A stretch of 64,000 bases of DNA from Laetmonice hystrix. Its lineage: Eukaryota. This document shows, piece after piece, positions 1-13,942 of the stretch. The translations under genes were made by a program, and so were the position numbers. The stretch is from NCBI GenBank assembly GCA_965235115.1, contig OZ249436.1, positions 49,354,001 through 49,418,000 on the forward strand. The letters are read 5' to 3'. Within the stretch, counting starts at the first letter, position 1; each line of letters begins with the position of its first letter. Under the pieces are notes generated by a model. It saw only the letters and a list, made by a program, of their open reading frames with translations. It ran no database searches and was not told the origin of the DNA.

Positions 1-903
1 TCTTCAAAGTCTATGATTCACACTTTCACCTACATAAAATCGGATATGGCCTAGAGCCTTGCAGTCACATTGGATTTTATGTCAGCGAAACTTGTGTGAG
101 AAAACATTTCTGACTTTGACATTTAAAACAGTAACATCATTTCTCGGCGTTACTATGTGGTTACCGAATTTTGATGGAATTGTAACCAGTAGTTTCAGTG
201 TTATCGTACCTCGACAAAAAGGCCGCCACTCTTAAAAATCTTCACTTACCTGAAGTTCATCGAACCACCGACAATATTGAAAGATCTTAAATAATAATAA
301 TAAAAGGTAGGCGTTATATGGAACACTTGAACAAGATTTCAGGCATCAATAACGTCCCTAATCAAAATATATCACCTGTGCCTCGGAGGAGACAAGTTTA
401 CCGGATCTTGGCGGTCCTTCACAATCAACACTCTAATTACAAAGAAGAATCTTAATTGATTTTGCTCAGCGTCACATTCGTGATTACGAATTGCATTCAT
501 GTTTTTGTAAGTATTAATGAAATTTTGATGACCATCTGAAGAAGTTATCATGTAGTATCACGCGCAGTTTCATCGAACGCTTTTACCCTTACGCTACGGT
601 TTTTGCTTCCGATTTGGATGAACTATGGGTATCAATGATGCCGTTTTTCTGTCTATGGTCTTTTATCCCGCTGACGAATAAAAATTAATTTGACAAAAAT
701 CAATCGTATCTTTGTGAAAACTGCCTATAGACATATCTTATTCCCCACCCAGTTCTCTGCTGAAATTGTTTTTGTTATTGTGTTCCTTCATCTCCTTGTT
801 TTTCTCTCTGTGTATATATTTTCTTTCTTTTTATATTTATGTTCTGATATTTTGATACAAAACAACCACCACGGTCTGTACACTTTCACATACATTGTCA
901 TGG

Positions 904-921
904 GTGTGTGTGTGTGTGTGT
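904..921. repeat. (GT)n microsatellite
   Basis: Run of gt dinucleotides seen directly. Confidence 0.9.
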
Positions 922-2904
922 AGGGTATTTCTCTTTGTCTGATGTGACAGTCGGATTGATGGACCTTCTTAATGGAAACAGCCTGTACGGTAACTTTTCT
1001 TTTTGACTCACTGTGTTTCAAAATCAGGTGGCCCTGGTGAGTTTCCAACGGCAGAATGCTGAAGGTCGAGGGCAAGGACACAATGTTTATCACTGAAAAC
1101 TCGAACCTTTATATAGATGATGAGGCTACTGTTGGAAACTCATGCTTTAAAAAATGTCAACCTGCCAATATTTCCATGAGGCTCCGTGACATCATTGGCT
1201 CCACACGCAGGATGAAGCAAAATACTGTGATGGCAAATGACCGAATTTCCTAGATTTAAAAGAGAAGGATGTTTTGAAAAATAAATATGACTTTCTTTCC
1301 AATCGAACGTGATAAAACAGGAGCAGGGTTTAACGACTTTTCTTGTGCGTCGTCTGTCAAACAATATTATTGTCCAACTAGTCGTGGCATAATTTTCCGA
1401 TCTCTATAAAATTACTGCATATTCCTTGAAACCCCCATGGGCGGGGAGTTAAAATGTTATACAAGGATGGTCTGTGTAATATGGTGTAGGACACGGAACA
1501 CTCGGAGAGACCGTAATCGGTTGTTATTCAGATCTATAGGAAGCTAATGTTGATAACGTCCTGTGTAGCAGAGCTATCGATGCTCAAACGTACTCAACGA
1601 TGAGAACACTTTCAAGATTTGTATCTGCGTGACCTACAAATGTTCAAAGATGATAACGGAGACACGACACAGCTACAAGAAGCATCCCTGTAAAGGGCCC
1701 AATACTGGGCCTGAGTTTATTCGCCTGTTAGCGGGGGGAAGTCTACTCCGTCAGCACGGCAGGTTTGGTTAGTCGTATGATTTGGCTTGAATTGACGTAT
1801 AGAATGGTTTAAGATATGACAAGTTAAAGAATCAATGGTAATAATGGTCCGGGCTGGCCTTGTCGTCACATGGACTGATCGCATGGGGACCGGAAGGATG
1901 GACAAGATGATTGAAGGAGAGCTGTTACAGCAGTGTTCGTCAGTCATGGACGTTCTCTCGCTTCCCTGAAACTGAGGGAGCCATGACACTACAGTGCCAT
2001 TACACAAACAGTTCATTGTTGGTATTACCTACATCTCGCTAAGTGCCTCGAGCCCCTGCAACGCTGTTTTAATTTGCTGGCGTCCTTCCCAGCCATCTTG
2101 CGCAGTTCCTTGGTGACCTACTTGTCATTAGTGACAAGTGAAGAACAATAGAATAACAAATCGACCTACATTTCAGTGCACATTCTCTTCGTGTCCACTA
2201 TCAGGTCTGTTACATTTCCCCATGGTACAGCCATTCCCCGGTCAGCGAGGCGCTCTCTCCCGGCGCAGTTTCAGGGTAGCCACCCGGCCGGCCAGGCCCC
2301 CCGAGGAACCATTTTCGCCGGCAATCCTTACGACACATGTTTGGCCATATTGCATGGAGGCGGGCGTTTGAGGCGAGCTGGTGACCGATAAAAAAAGGGT
2401 TATCCACCGGGCGGGGTCCCAGGGCGACCATCGACAGCTGGTGGTTAGGTAGACGGAGGGTCAGCGTTATCTGGACCCGCCACGGAAATGTTGCCTGCAG
2501 GGGTTGGGGGTTGGGCACCGTCAACGTAGGGGTGGTGGCGACCAGCTTTTGCTTTCTGTTATGATATTTATAGTGGAACATGTCTAGTTTGGCGGGTTTA
2601 GTGGCATCTAGTGTATTATTGTAATGGGGTCATCACAATGTTGAGTCAGTTCCACGATCTCAGAGGGCAGGTTGTATTGTGCCCTCTGAAAACAACGTTT
2701 AGGACCATATTCCTTGGTCCACGGTCTTTGGTCACATGGGTGCCCCTGAAAAGTCTCTTGATCTATTGAGAATGGGTCGACTTCTGTGCCTTTCTTAGCG
2801 TGAGCATACTGCCGATGAGTGACCCCAGAAAGTTTCTCTCAGACTTATCCCACTGCGGCCGATTTCTCTCGGCGCTACAGACCGCACATTCAATGTGGCC
2901 GGCC

Positions 2905-4587
2905 ATATACGGTGCTGGAGGAAGGCCCACATAATGGCTACAATCCTAGATATCCGTACGGTATCTTGGTTATATACGGTGCTGGAGGAAGGCCCACATA
3001 ATGGCTACAATCCTAGATATCCGTACAGTATCTTGGTTATATACGGTGCTGGAGGAAGGCCCACATAATGGCTACAATCCTAGATATCCGTACGGTATCT
3101 TGGTTATATACGGTGCTGGAGGAAGGCCCACATAATGGCTACAATCCTAGATATCCGTACGGTATCTTGGTTATATACGGTGCTGGAGGAAGGCCCACAT
3201 AATGGCTACAATCCTAGATATCCGTATACGGTATCTTGGTTATATACGGTGCTGGAGGAAGGCCCACATAATGGCTACAATCCTAGATATCCGTACGGTA
3301 TCTTGGTTATATACGGTGCTGGAGGAAGGCCCACATAATGGCTACAATCCTAGATATCCGTACGGTATCTTGGTTATATACGGTGCTGGAGGAAGGCCCA
3401 CATAATGGCTACAATCCTAGATATCCGTACGGTATCTTGGTTATATACGGTACTGGAGGAAGGCCCACATAATGGCTACAATCCTAGATATCCGTACGGT
3501 ATCTTGGTTATATACGGTGCTGGAGGAAGGCCCACATAATGGCTACAATCCTAGATATCCGTACGGTATCTTGGTTATATACGGTGCTGGAGGAAGGCCC
3601 ACATAATGGCTACAATCCTAGATATCCGTACGGTATCTTGGTTATACGGTGCTGGAGGAAGGCCCACATAATGGCTACAATCCTAGATATCCGTATATGG
3701 TATCTTTGTTATATACGGTGCTGGAGGAAGGCCCACATAATGGCTACAATCCTAGATATCCGTACGGTATCTTGGTTATATACGGTGCTGGAGGAAGGCC
3801 CACATAATGGCTACAATCCTAGATATCCGTACGGTATCTTGGTTATATACGGTGCTGGAGGAAGGCCCACATAATGGCTACAATCCTAGATATCCGTATA
3901 CGGTATCTTGGTTATATACGGTGCTGAAGGAAGGCCCACATAATGGCTACAATCCTAGATATCCGTACGGTATCTTGGTTATATACGGTGCTGGAGGAAG
4001 GCCCACATAATGGCTACAATCCTAGATATCCGTACGGTATCTTGGTTACGGTGCTGGAGGAAGGCCCACATAATGGCTACAATCCTAGATATCCGTACGG
4101 TATCTTGGTTATATACGGTACTGGAGGAAGGCCCACATAACGGCTACAATCCTAGATATCCGTACGGTATCTTGGTTATATACGGTGCTGGAGGAAGTCC
4201 CACATAATGGCTACAATTCTAGATATATCCGTACGGTATCTTGGTTATATACGGTGCTGGAGGAAGGCCCACATAATGGCTACAATCCTAGATATCCGTA
4301 CGGTATCTTGGTTATATACGGTGCTGGAGAAAGGCCCACATAATGGCTACAATCCTAGCTATCCGTACGGTATCTTGGTTATATACGGTGCTGGAGGAAG
4401 GCCCACATAATGGCTACAATCCTAGATATCCGTATACGGTATCTTGGTTATATACGGTGCTGAAGGAAGGCCCACATAATGGCTACAATCCTAGATATCC
4501 GTACGGTATCTTGGTTATATACGGTGCTGGAGGAAGGCCCACATAATGGCTACAATCCTAGATATCCGATACGGTATCTTGGTTATA
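2905..4587. repeat. Minisatellite, 67-bp unit, ~25 copies
   Basis: Unit atatacggtgctggaggaaggcccacataatggctacaatcctagatatccgtacggtatcttggtt, near-identical head-to-tail copies with occasional +/-2 bp (ta) indels. Explains the repetitive ORFs at 2819-4546. Confidence 0.97.
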
Positions 4588-5048
4588 AGTGGCATCTGAA
4601 AGATTGGTAGTCGTCCATGAAGTTTTTTTTATCACCTTTCCTGATATTTTCAACTTGGCTATGAGGGCGTGCTAGAATATTGTTTATTAGGCAGATGAAC
4701 TTCTATATTCCAGGCTTAATTGTTTTGGTGAATACCACATGGCGTGCAAACGTTCAGCTGTAAGCGCTAACTTTACACGACACCAACATGACTGGGTGGC
4801 CATTGTTGGAACTGTATTTTTGCGCCAACATCATACTTTGATACCAATTGGGAATCCGCTTTTCAACCCCCATTTTAAGAATAATAGTACATCAGACTTT
4901 GAATCGACTTAAAATCCCCATTGAAAATACATTGGAGTTAACGAACAGACAAGCTAACGACATGATGAGAAACACACCCCAGCCTTAGTGAGACGGGCCC
5001 CCGGCTGGCCTGTACCCGAAACATACGAGTAGCTTGGTTCGGGGGACG

Positions 5049-7671
5049 GGGACGGTGGTAGGTTAGGTAGACCAATTCTATATCCTGAGAATGGGACGGT
5101 GGTAGGTTAGGTAGACCAATTCTAGGCTATATTCTAGGAATGGGACGGTGGTAGGTTAGGTAGACCAATTCTATATGCTGAGAATGGGACGGTGGTAGGT
5201 TAGGTAGACCAATTCTATATGCTGAGAATGGGACGGTGGTAGGTTAGGTAGACCAATTCTATATGCTGAGAATGGGACGGTGGTAGGTTAGGTAGACCAA
5301 TTCTATATGCTGAGAATGGGACGGTGGTAGGTTAGGTAGACCAATTCTATATGCTGAGAATGGGACGGTGGTAGGTTAGGTAGACCAATTCTATATGCTG
5401 AGAATGGGTCGGTGGTAGGTTAGGTAGACCAATTCGAGATGCTGGGTTAGGTAGACCAATTCTCGATGCTGAGAACGGGACGGGACGAGGGGCGGTAGGT
5501 TAGGTAGACTAATTATATATGCTGAGAACGGGACGGGACGAGGGGCGGTAGGTTAGGTAGACCAATGAGGACGGGACGAGGGGCGGTAGGTTAGGTAGAC
5601 CAATTCTCGATGCTGAGAACGGGACAGGACGAGGGGCGGTAGGTTAGGTAGACTAATTCTATATGCTGAGAACGGGACGGGACGAGGGGCGGTAGGTTAG
5701 GTAGACTAATTCTATATGCTGAGAACGGGACGGGACGAGGGGCGGTAGGTTAGGTAGACTAATTCTATATGCTGAGAACGGGACGGGACGAGGGGCGGTA
5801 GGTTAGGTAGACCAATTCTATATGCTGAGAACGGGACAGGACGAGGGGCGGTAGGTTAGGTAGACCAATTCTATATGCTGAGAACGGGACAGGACGAGGG
5901 GCGGTAGGTTAGGTAGACCAATTCTCGATGCTGAGAACGGGACAGGACGAGGGGCAGTAGGTTAGGTAGACCAATTCTATATGCTGAGAACGGGACAGGA
6001 CGAGGGGCGGTAGGTTAGGTAGACCAATTCTCGATGCTGAGAACGGGACAGGACGAGGGGCGGTGGGTTAGGTAGACCAATTCTCGATGCTGAGAACGGG
6101 ACGGGACGAGGGGCGGTAGGTTAGGTAGACCAATTCTATATGCTGAGAACGGGACAGGACGAGGGGCGGTAGGTTAGGTAGACCAATTCTATATGCTGAG
6201 AACGGGACAGGACGAGGGGCGGTAGGTTAGGTAGACCAATTCTATATGCTGAGAACGGGACGGGACGAGGGGCGGTAGGTTAGGTAGACCAATTCTATAT
6301 GCTGAGAACGGGACAGGACGAGGGGCGGTAGGTTAGGTAGACCAATTCTCGATGCTGAGAACGGGACGGGACGAGGGGCGGTAGGTTAGGTAGACCAATT
6401 CTCGATGCTGAGAACGGGACAGGACGAGGGGCGGTGGGTTAGGTAGACCAATTCTATATGCTGAGAACGGGACAGGACGAGGGGCGGTAGGTTAGGTAGA
6501 CCAATTCTCGATGCTGAGAACGGGACGGGACGAGGGGCGGTAGGTTAGGTAGACCAATTCTATATGCTGAGAACGGGACAGGACGAGGGGCGGTGGGTTA
6601 GGTAGACCAATTCTATATGCTGAGAACGGGACAGGACGAGGGGCAGTAGGTTAGGTAGACTAATTCTAGATGCTGAGAACGGGACGGGACGAGGGGCGGT
6701 AGGTTAGGTAGACTAATTCTATATGCTGAGAACGGGACGGGACGAGGGGCGGTAGGTTAGGTAGACTAATTCTATATGCTGAGAACGGGACGTGACGAGG
6801 GGCGGTAGGTTAGGTAGACTAATCCTCGATGCTGAGAACAGGACGTGACGAGGGGCGGTAGGTTAGGTAGACCAATTCTCGATGCTGAGAACGGGACGGG
6901 ACGAGGGGCGGTAGGTTAGGTAGACCAATTCTCGATGCTGAGAACGGGACGGGACGAGGGGCGGTAGGTTAGGTAGACCAATTCTATATGCTGAGAACGG
7001 GACGGGACGAGAGGCGGTAGGTTAGGTAGACTAATTCTATATGCTGAGAACGGGACAGGACGAGGGGCGGTAGGTTAGGTAGGCTAATTATAGATGCTGA
7101 GAACGGGACGGGACGAGGGGCGGTAGGTTAGGTAGACCAATTCTCGATGCTGAGAACGGGACGGGACGAGGGGCGGTAGGTTAGGTAGACCAATTCTCGA
7201 TGCTGAGAACGGGACGGGACGAGGGGCGGTAGGTTAGGTAGACTATATGCTGAGAACGGGACGGGACGAGGGGCGGTAGGTTAGGTAGACCAATTATATA
7301 TGCTGAGAATGGGACGGGACGAGGGGCGGTAGGTTAGGTAGACTAATTCTATATGCTGAGAACGGGACGGGACGAGGGGCGGTAGGTTAGGTAGACTAAT
7401 TCTATATGCTGAGAACGGGACGGGACGAGGGGCGGTAGGTTAGGTAGACTAATTCTATATGCTGAGAACGGGACGGGACGAGGGGCGGTAGGTTAGGTAG
7501 ACTATATGCTGAGAACGGGACGGGACGAGGGGCGGTAGGTTAGGTAGACCAATTCTCGATGCTGAGAACGGGACGGGACGAGGGGCGGTAGGTTAGGTAG
7601 ACCAATTCTCGATGCTGAGAACGGGACGGGACGAGGGGCGGTAGGTTAGGTAGACCAATTCTCGATGCTGA
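5049..7671. repeat. Composite minisatellite: ~9 copies of a 44-bp unit, then ~40 copies of a related 53-bp unit
   Basis: 44-bp gggacggtggtaggttaggtagaccaattctatatgctgagaat up to ~5450. Then 53-bp gggacgggacgaggggcggtaggttaggtagaccaattctatatgctgagaac (period checked 5671 to 5724). Confidence 0.96.
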
Positions 7672-8048
7672 AGACGTGACGTGGTCCGATGTTATATAGA
7701 AGTTGATATGTAGAACGTCAAACTGTAAGTTAATGGGCTCCCGATACCTATCACATCATTAGCGTCTTTACGTGGCGTCAGGCTGATAATGTACACATGC
7801 TACACCACACCGATGTTCACAACGCTACCGTGCCTAGAAGCGTTCTTGTATACATGCTTTATTATTCCATTTTGGGGTACATGGAATAATATTTCTTGGT
7901 CGATCATCTCATTTATCCGTTCATGTATATTTAAGAAGAGTATATGAGCTGTCATATATTTTGGATCGTTGTTGATTGGCTGAGACAGGCAGGGGGTTGG
8001 ACGGCAAGCAAGGAGACTAACCTTCCGGTATTTCATGTGCATCATGCG

Positions 8049-8061
8049 CGCCACCTAGCGG
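8049..8061 (-). promoter_or_regulatory. CTCF consensus motif
   Basis: Reverse complement ccgctaggtggcg matches CCRCYAGRKGGCR exactly. Confidence 0.6.
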
Positions 8062-8180
8062 TAAGAAGGTCATAAGTCGATGAGCTGCCCTAATACTGCG
8101 TCATCTTGTTCCAGTTTATCATTGAAAATGCCACATAATGTTTATGGTTCTAATTTGATATCTGGCCCAGCCAATGATCC

Positions 8181-8193
8181 TGCCCCCTGGTGG
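8181..8193 (-). promoter_or_regulatory. CTCF consensus motif
   Basis: Reverse complement ccaccagggggca matches CCRCYAGRKGGCR exactly. Lies 132 bp from a second site in the same orientation. Confidence 0.6.
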
Positions 8194-9903
8194 TGACTGG
8201 TGGTTTCGTGCGTTGTGCCATGTGCCAGGGAACTGGGCATTTCATTTGGGACGATTGTATCAGGGAGCAGTGCTGGTAAGCGGGTGGCTTTCACCCGAGC
8301 AGGAACATTCCTGCTCCCTCTCTCCGGGGGAAGGGCATCATGTCAAGGGGTCTTGCCGGGAGGGAGAGACTTGGAGAGACGGTTAATCGCACAATTAGCC
8401 CATTCCCTCTATCATTAATTTAGGCCGGGCTGGCGGCACGCACATGTCGGTGGGACGCGGGGGAAAACACCCTCTACTCACGTACAAACACGGGTCTCGA
8501 GAGACTCACCGACTGGTCCTGCCAGACTCGTCCATTCTCGGCTACCCTGGCCAATTGTATGCTCTGTAACACAGACAGTGGCTTCCTAACGGGATGCCTC
8601 ATACTCAATATCATTTCAAGTTGCCTATCCCCCATTGGATAGGTGGCAGAGTTACTGACACAGCTGATAGAGCCCCTAAGGAAAAGACCAAATGAAACTG
8701 TGTTAGACTTGAATTGACCGGAGTTCATTCAAGACTTTGCCTTTCCAAAGAATTCCTTGCGTCATTGTGGACGTTATTTTAGCTGCTCGCTGTGAAAAGG
8801 AGATGTTTACTGCAATGATTTGCGTTGCACAATCGATCATGGTCAGGACAATGGTATCAACTGCCTCTTGCAACTAATACTCTGAATTTGACAAACTTTA
8901 AATGGATAGATACATGCGACGTGTAAGAGCTTGGTGTGGGACGGTTGACACTTTGATCAACTCTACCAAGGATATCAAGGATATAATCAGTGATTCATTC
9001 ATAAATAAGACCATAATTGCACCATGAACATAATAGATATTAATGCTACGAATGATTTCTATTATTTATTTACAACATCTTCATCATTTCCATCTATGAG
9101 ACATTGGATCCCTAATCGTCTCTTGATCATAATGTGATCAACATTTTAAGTATGAAATATCTCTAAACTTTTAACGGCTAGATAGTAAAGTACCTGTGCG
9201 GTGACGAACTCATGACGTCAAGCACAATGTCTATGTGGTCGTGACAGTATTTATAACCCAGGATGGGCGGCCATGATTATCGACCCTTGGGCCAATAATG
9301 CTTGGGGCCAGTCATTGTTTATTGACACGGGCGTGGACGGCAGTTTCCGTGGTACAGTTGTGATCAATGACGTATTCTTTCTACACTGGGACAAGCGCCT
9401 AATTGATCAAGGAATTGTATAAGAACATGGTTAGGCCAATATGATCTGATAGTCTAAGACAAAATAACACAAGGTTGCAGCGCTCGTGTGAGAGAGAGAA
9501 AGACCCAGGGTGAGCGCACCACTTATCTCCGTGACGTCGGTTCTCTAAGACGTAAAAAACAGACAAAGGTTTCAAGGAGATGATGATAAGGTAGATTATC
9601 TGGACCTTCATCCTGGTTGGTCCAACCAAGACTGCCGGCATAGGGCAGGAAACAACATGGCCGATACATTGACCATGTTTGTGCTGAGATTGAGGACGGC
9701 TATTTCCTGTGGTATAAGATAAGATGATGGACAGACGGAACATATGGTTCCATTGTTAAGATATCACGTTGAGACAGACAAAGTGCATTGTTTACTCAAT
9801 ATACCTCGTCTTTAGGCAACATCTCTCAGCTGCTGCTTTTTTCAAGTAGCTTAAAGAAGTCGTATCCGTATGGAGCATAGGATTTTGGATTGGGGGGGGG
9901 GGG

Positions 9904-10060
9904 GGTGTTTATGCCTTTGCAGCAGCCAGGGTCATAATCAAGGTGGTGAACTGGTTGAAGAAACCGGAGAATCCGGGGGAAACCGACCGACCTCAGGTAA
10001 CTACCAAACCTTCTCACGTCTGGTTCGAGAGGGATCCGAACGTTCACCGAGACCCGCCGA
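9904..10060 (-). mobile_element. Degenerate tRNA-derived SINE (Meta/V-domain type, 5'-eroded)
   Basis: Minus strand reads B-box-like gttcggatcc, then gtgagaaggtttggtagttacctgaggtcggtcggtttcccccggattctccggtttcttc. This resembles the GGTTTTCTCCGGGTACTCCGGTTTCCTCC core shared by V-/Meta-type SINEs. The 3' end tatgaccctggctgctgcaaaggcataaacacc resembles mollusc SINE tails. Family assignment is from memory of the motif, not a search. Confidence 0.7.
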
Positions 10061-11562
10061 GTATTTCAGTTCTTCCGTATTATATATACTACCTACGAAC
10101 ATACTTATATGTGAATTTATTATGTATTTCAGAAAATAGAATCGGACTCAGGTCTACAATTAGAAATAAAACGTCGAGGAAAGGAGATCAGTATTCTAAC
10201 CAGCCACAGGACTTTCTTTCACTGACTTTCGTGCGTATTGTAAGATCTAAGAATATTTCTTTATATGACCGTTCAAATTTGGCATTCATATTTAATATAC
10301 ATGTACAAGAGAACGGGATCACTATGGCCATCCTTAATGTTTGGTTGCCAGTCCCACAGCCTCTCTATAACTTGTATCAGCATGCGTTCACGAGGACAAG
10401 ACGAATGGTGTGGAGGATTGTGAAGGACGTCGAAAGTAACAGGAGTATTTCCTCGACTTTACACCGACACAACCATCGGACATGAACTTGTTTGACGTAA
10501 GTGCTCGCGTGCTTAATGAAAATCTCACTGCAGATAAAACAATAAATTTAATCAACCCACCCATTGTTGGTGTTTTTACGGACGCTAAGTGGGACATCGG
10601 GCTGGGAAATGGCCGCGTTCCATTTTTTTATACATTGGTCTAACGTCTTCAAATTGTTTAGGGACTGTTCACTTGGTTACAAATTCTCTTAATTGATTGC
10701 ACGATGCACAATGATTTTGAATATTCTCATAAAGTGGAGAATTTCAAATCTCCTAATTGGTTTTAAAGATTGACTCAATTATCTAGCAAGTTTCAGTCGT
10801 TTATCATAATTACTCTCGCGGAGCCACGGGGTTTTGTATTAAGGATCGACACACTGAAGCATGTAGTACACGTCGCTGGGCGGCCGTTATTTGATCCCTT
10901 TGTTATGGATCAGGGGATCAGAATGTCCTAATAGAATTTAAGATCAGGCGTATCGGCGTCTGAAGGGAGTTATTTCAGCGGATGACACGGCGTTTGAACA
11001 ATGTAATCACGACCAGTTGTGTAATCAATGATGTTTTAGCCAAATCGCTCCTGCCACTTTCAACGCCCCTAATACTTCCGACACCCCCCTGGTGAGACGC
11101 AGCTTCATTAGGGACTGTATGTGTTGTGGTGTTTCCCGGCGCCCGAGGGAACGCGTTGTTTTCACCAAGCAAAAAGACGTCGCGGATTTCCGCTTGAATG
11201 AAAACAGCAAAAGATAACAACATTTAAATTAGGATCAATGCCCGTTAATCCGTCAGAGCCTCAACAGATTTTATGCCTGGCCAGCAGGAGAGGAGAGTAA
11301 ATTAGTAATAAAATCAAAGCTCGGGTTCCCTTGGTTAATGGATCAAAACTCACGTCGGGTTCCCTACCTTAAACCTGGGAAGTGTGGTGGTTCAACTACT
11401 CACAGTAGTTGGAGGGGGGCTACACCATTAGTGAAAGACCAAGACCACTCTGCGGGATTCATTGAATTAATAACGGTCGTCTCCAAGACGGTAGTACAAC
11501 CAATGTTACAGGAGGAAGACGTAATACTGCTTTAAATTTCATTATTCAATCTCCCCGCTTTC

Positions 11563-12111
11563 CATACAATTACGTCGTCTCTCTCGTACGATCTGTTGGC
11601 CATATAATTATGTCGTCTCTCTCGTACGATCTGTTGTCTGTACAATTACGTCGTCTCTCTCGTACGATCTGTTGTCTGTGTTTGGATTCCGAGAATTATG
11701 TCGTCTCTCTCGTACGATCTGTTGTTCATATAATTACATCGTCTCTCTCGTACGATCTGTTGTCCGTACAATTACTTCGTCTCTCTCGTACGATCTGTTG
11801 TCTGTGTTTGGATTCCGAGAATTATGTCGTCTCTCTCGTACGATCTGTTGTCTGTGTTTGGATTCCGAGAATGTTGTCGTCTCTCTCGTACGATCTGTGG
11901 TCTGTGTTTGGATTCCGAGAATGTTGTCGTCTCTCTCGTACGATCTGTGGTCTGTGTTTGGATTCCGAGAATGTTGTCGTCTCTCTCGTACGATCTGTTG
12001 TCTATATAATTATGTCGTCTCTCTCGTACGATCTGTGGTCTGTGTATTTGGATTCCGAGAATTATGTCGTCTCTCTCGTGCGATCTGTTGTCTCTGTATT
12101 TGGATTCCGAG
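11563..12111. repeat. Minisatellite with constant 5' core and two alternative tails (38-bp and 50-52-bp units), 12 copies
   Basis: Core gtcgtctctctcgtacgatctgt at 11574, 11612, 11650, 11700 and onward, followed by either ...tacaattac or ...tgtttggattccgagaattat. Confidence 0.95.
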
Positions 12112-13321
12112 CGATATTTGAGTCATTGGTTGCTTCATGCCACGTCGGAAAGAATACACGCGCAGGGGTATCATGTCCAACTCCGTGACGAGAGATAGAA
12201 ATAGTTCTTACACATCCCTCATGACCAGGTCACCAAGGTTAGTCTTATTACATGTGACTGCAGATAGAAATAACAATTAAAATAATTAAGAAAGTCCACT
12301 TAGATCATTTCTCTGATACTGGCATAGACGGGACACGGGAGTGTCTTGGCTTTCTAGGCGCGCAAGGATTATGTCGGATAACCTACAACTGGCGAATGTC
12401 GTATAGCAAACAAATAATCGGTCCGATGTCAGTCAGAGCTCCGAGAACTGCGTTCCATATTTTGAGTGTTCCAGACATCACCATCCCATTTATAGTTGCG
12501 GGCGGAGCCAAAGTTATGGAAAACAGCAAGCAAAACATACTTGATGTTCACCAGGGGGTTTCTGGTGTGGATCATTTTCCATGGGAATCTGAACCAAAAC
12601 AGAGACGTCTGGGCATGGCCTCCTATGGATCTGATCGGGCGTCCAGGCTGACCCTGGGGGAAGGGTTGAGCGGGCAGCCCCGACCTTCGAGCTGCCAGAT
12701 CTCCAATGCCTTCCGATCTGAGGAGGCGCGTATTGAGTTCATACCCGTGCCTCACATATAACAAAATGTTCAGTCAGAACCTTTCTAAAAGCTACATGAC
12801 TGAACACCATTCTGCCAGGAGGTAGCTGACCACCAGCCTTAACGGGACCAGTCCGGTACTTGCCTTATCACATATTTATAGGCGCCTATTTTAACGCCCT
12901 CACCGTTGTGCATTGAAACGGAGCTGGCAAGAACTCCCCTGGATCCGGCCATGATGCGATGACCGGAGGAGACAATGACGGGCGGGCCGCTGGATTACTG
13001 GACCAATTACTTGATCCGGGAGTAATCACCCTACCGTTAACCTAGTGAACCTGATGAAAGGAACCATGTCGGACCCCGTCCAACCTGAAGGTCTGTGATC
13101 CCATTCGTCTCGTCGAGTTGTGGCATCAATTATTTAATGATGGAGTCCATCCAATCGTTTAAAATACAAATGGCCGTACGTGGCAGACTGAGAGTTTTAC
13201 ATTGGTTGTCCACTTGGTACGACGCTCGTATCGTCTTCGTTCTGACAGCGTTCCGACGGGATAGTTGTCTCTTGACACCCTCCCGGTTACAGCTGGGATC
13301 CAGTGGCTAACCCCCTCTAAC

Positions 13322-13942
13322 AGTCACTCAAGTAACGGCTACCATCCGGTTTGTAGACAAGTCACTCAACTAACGGCTACCATCCGGTTTGTATACAAGT
13401 CACTCAAGTAACGGCAACCAACCGGTTTGTAGACAAGTCACTCAAGTAACGGCAGGCAACCATCCGGTTTGTAGACAAGTCACTCAAGTAACGGCTACCA
13501 TCCGGTTTGTAGACAAGTCACTCAAGTAACGGCTACCATCCGGTTTGTATACAAGTCACTCAAGTAACGGCTACCATCCGGTTTGTAGACAAGTCACTCA
13601 AGTAACGGCAACCAACCGGTTTGTAGACAAGTCACTCAAGTAACGGCAGGCAACCATCCGGTGTGTAGACAAGTCACTCAAGTAACGGCAACCAACCGGT
13701 TTGTAGACAAGTCACTCAAGTAACGGCAGGCAACCATCCGGTGTGTAGACAAGTCACTCAAGTAACGGCTACCATCCGGTTTGTAGACAAGTCACTCAAG
13801 TAACGGCTACCATCCGGTTTGTAGACAAGTCACTCAAGTAACGGCTACCATCCGGTTTGTAGACAAGTCACTCAAGTAACGGCTACCCTCCGGTTTGTAG
13901 ACAAGTCACTCAAGTAACGGCTACCAACCGGTTTGTAGACAA
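13322..13942. repeat. Minisatellite, 38-bp unit, ~16 copies
   Basis: Unit agtcactcaagtaacggctaccatccggtttgtagaca. Three units carry an extra ggca. Confidence 0.96.

Noticed and set aside
7860..7891. 11-bp-stem hairpin tattattccat...atggaataata
   Set aside because: AT-rich, too short for a pre-miRNA, and plausible by chance in 64 kb.
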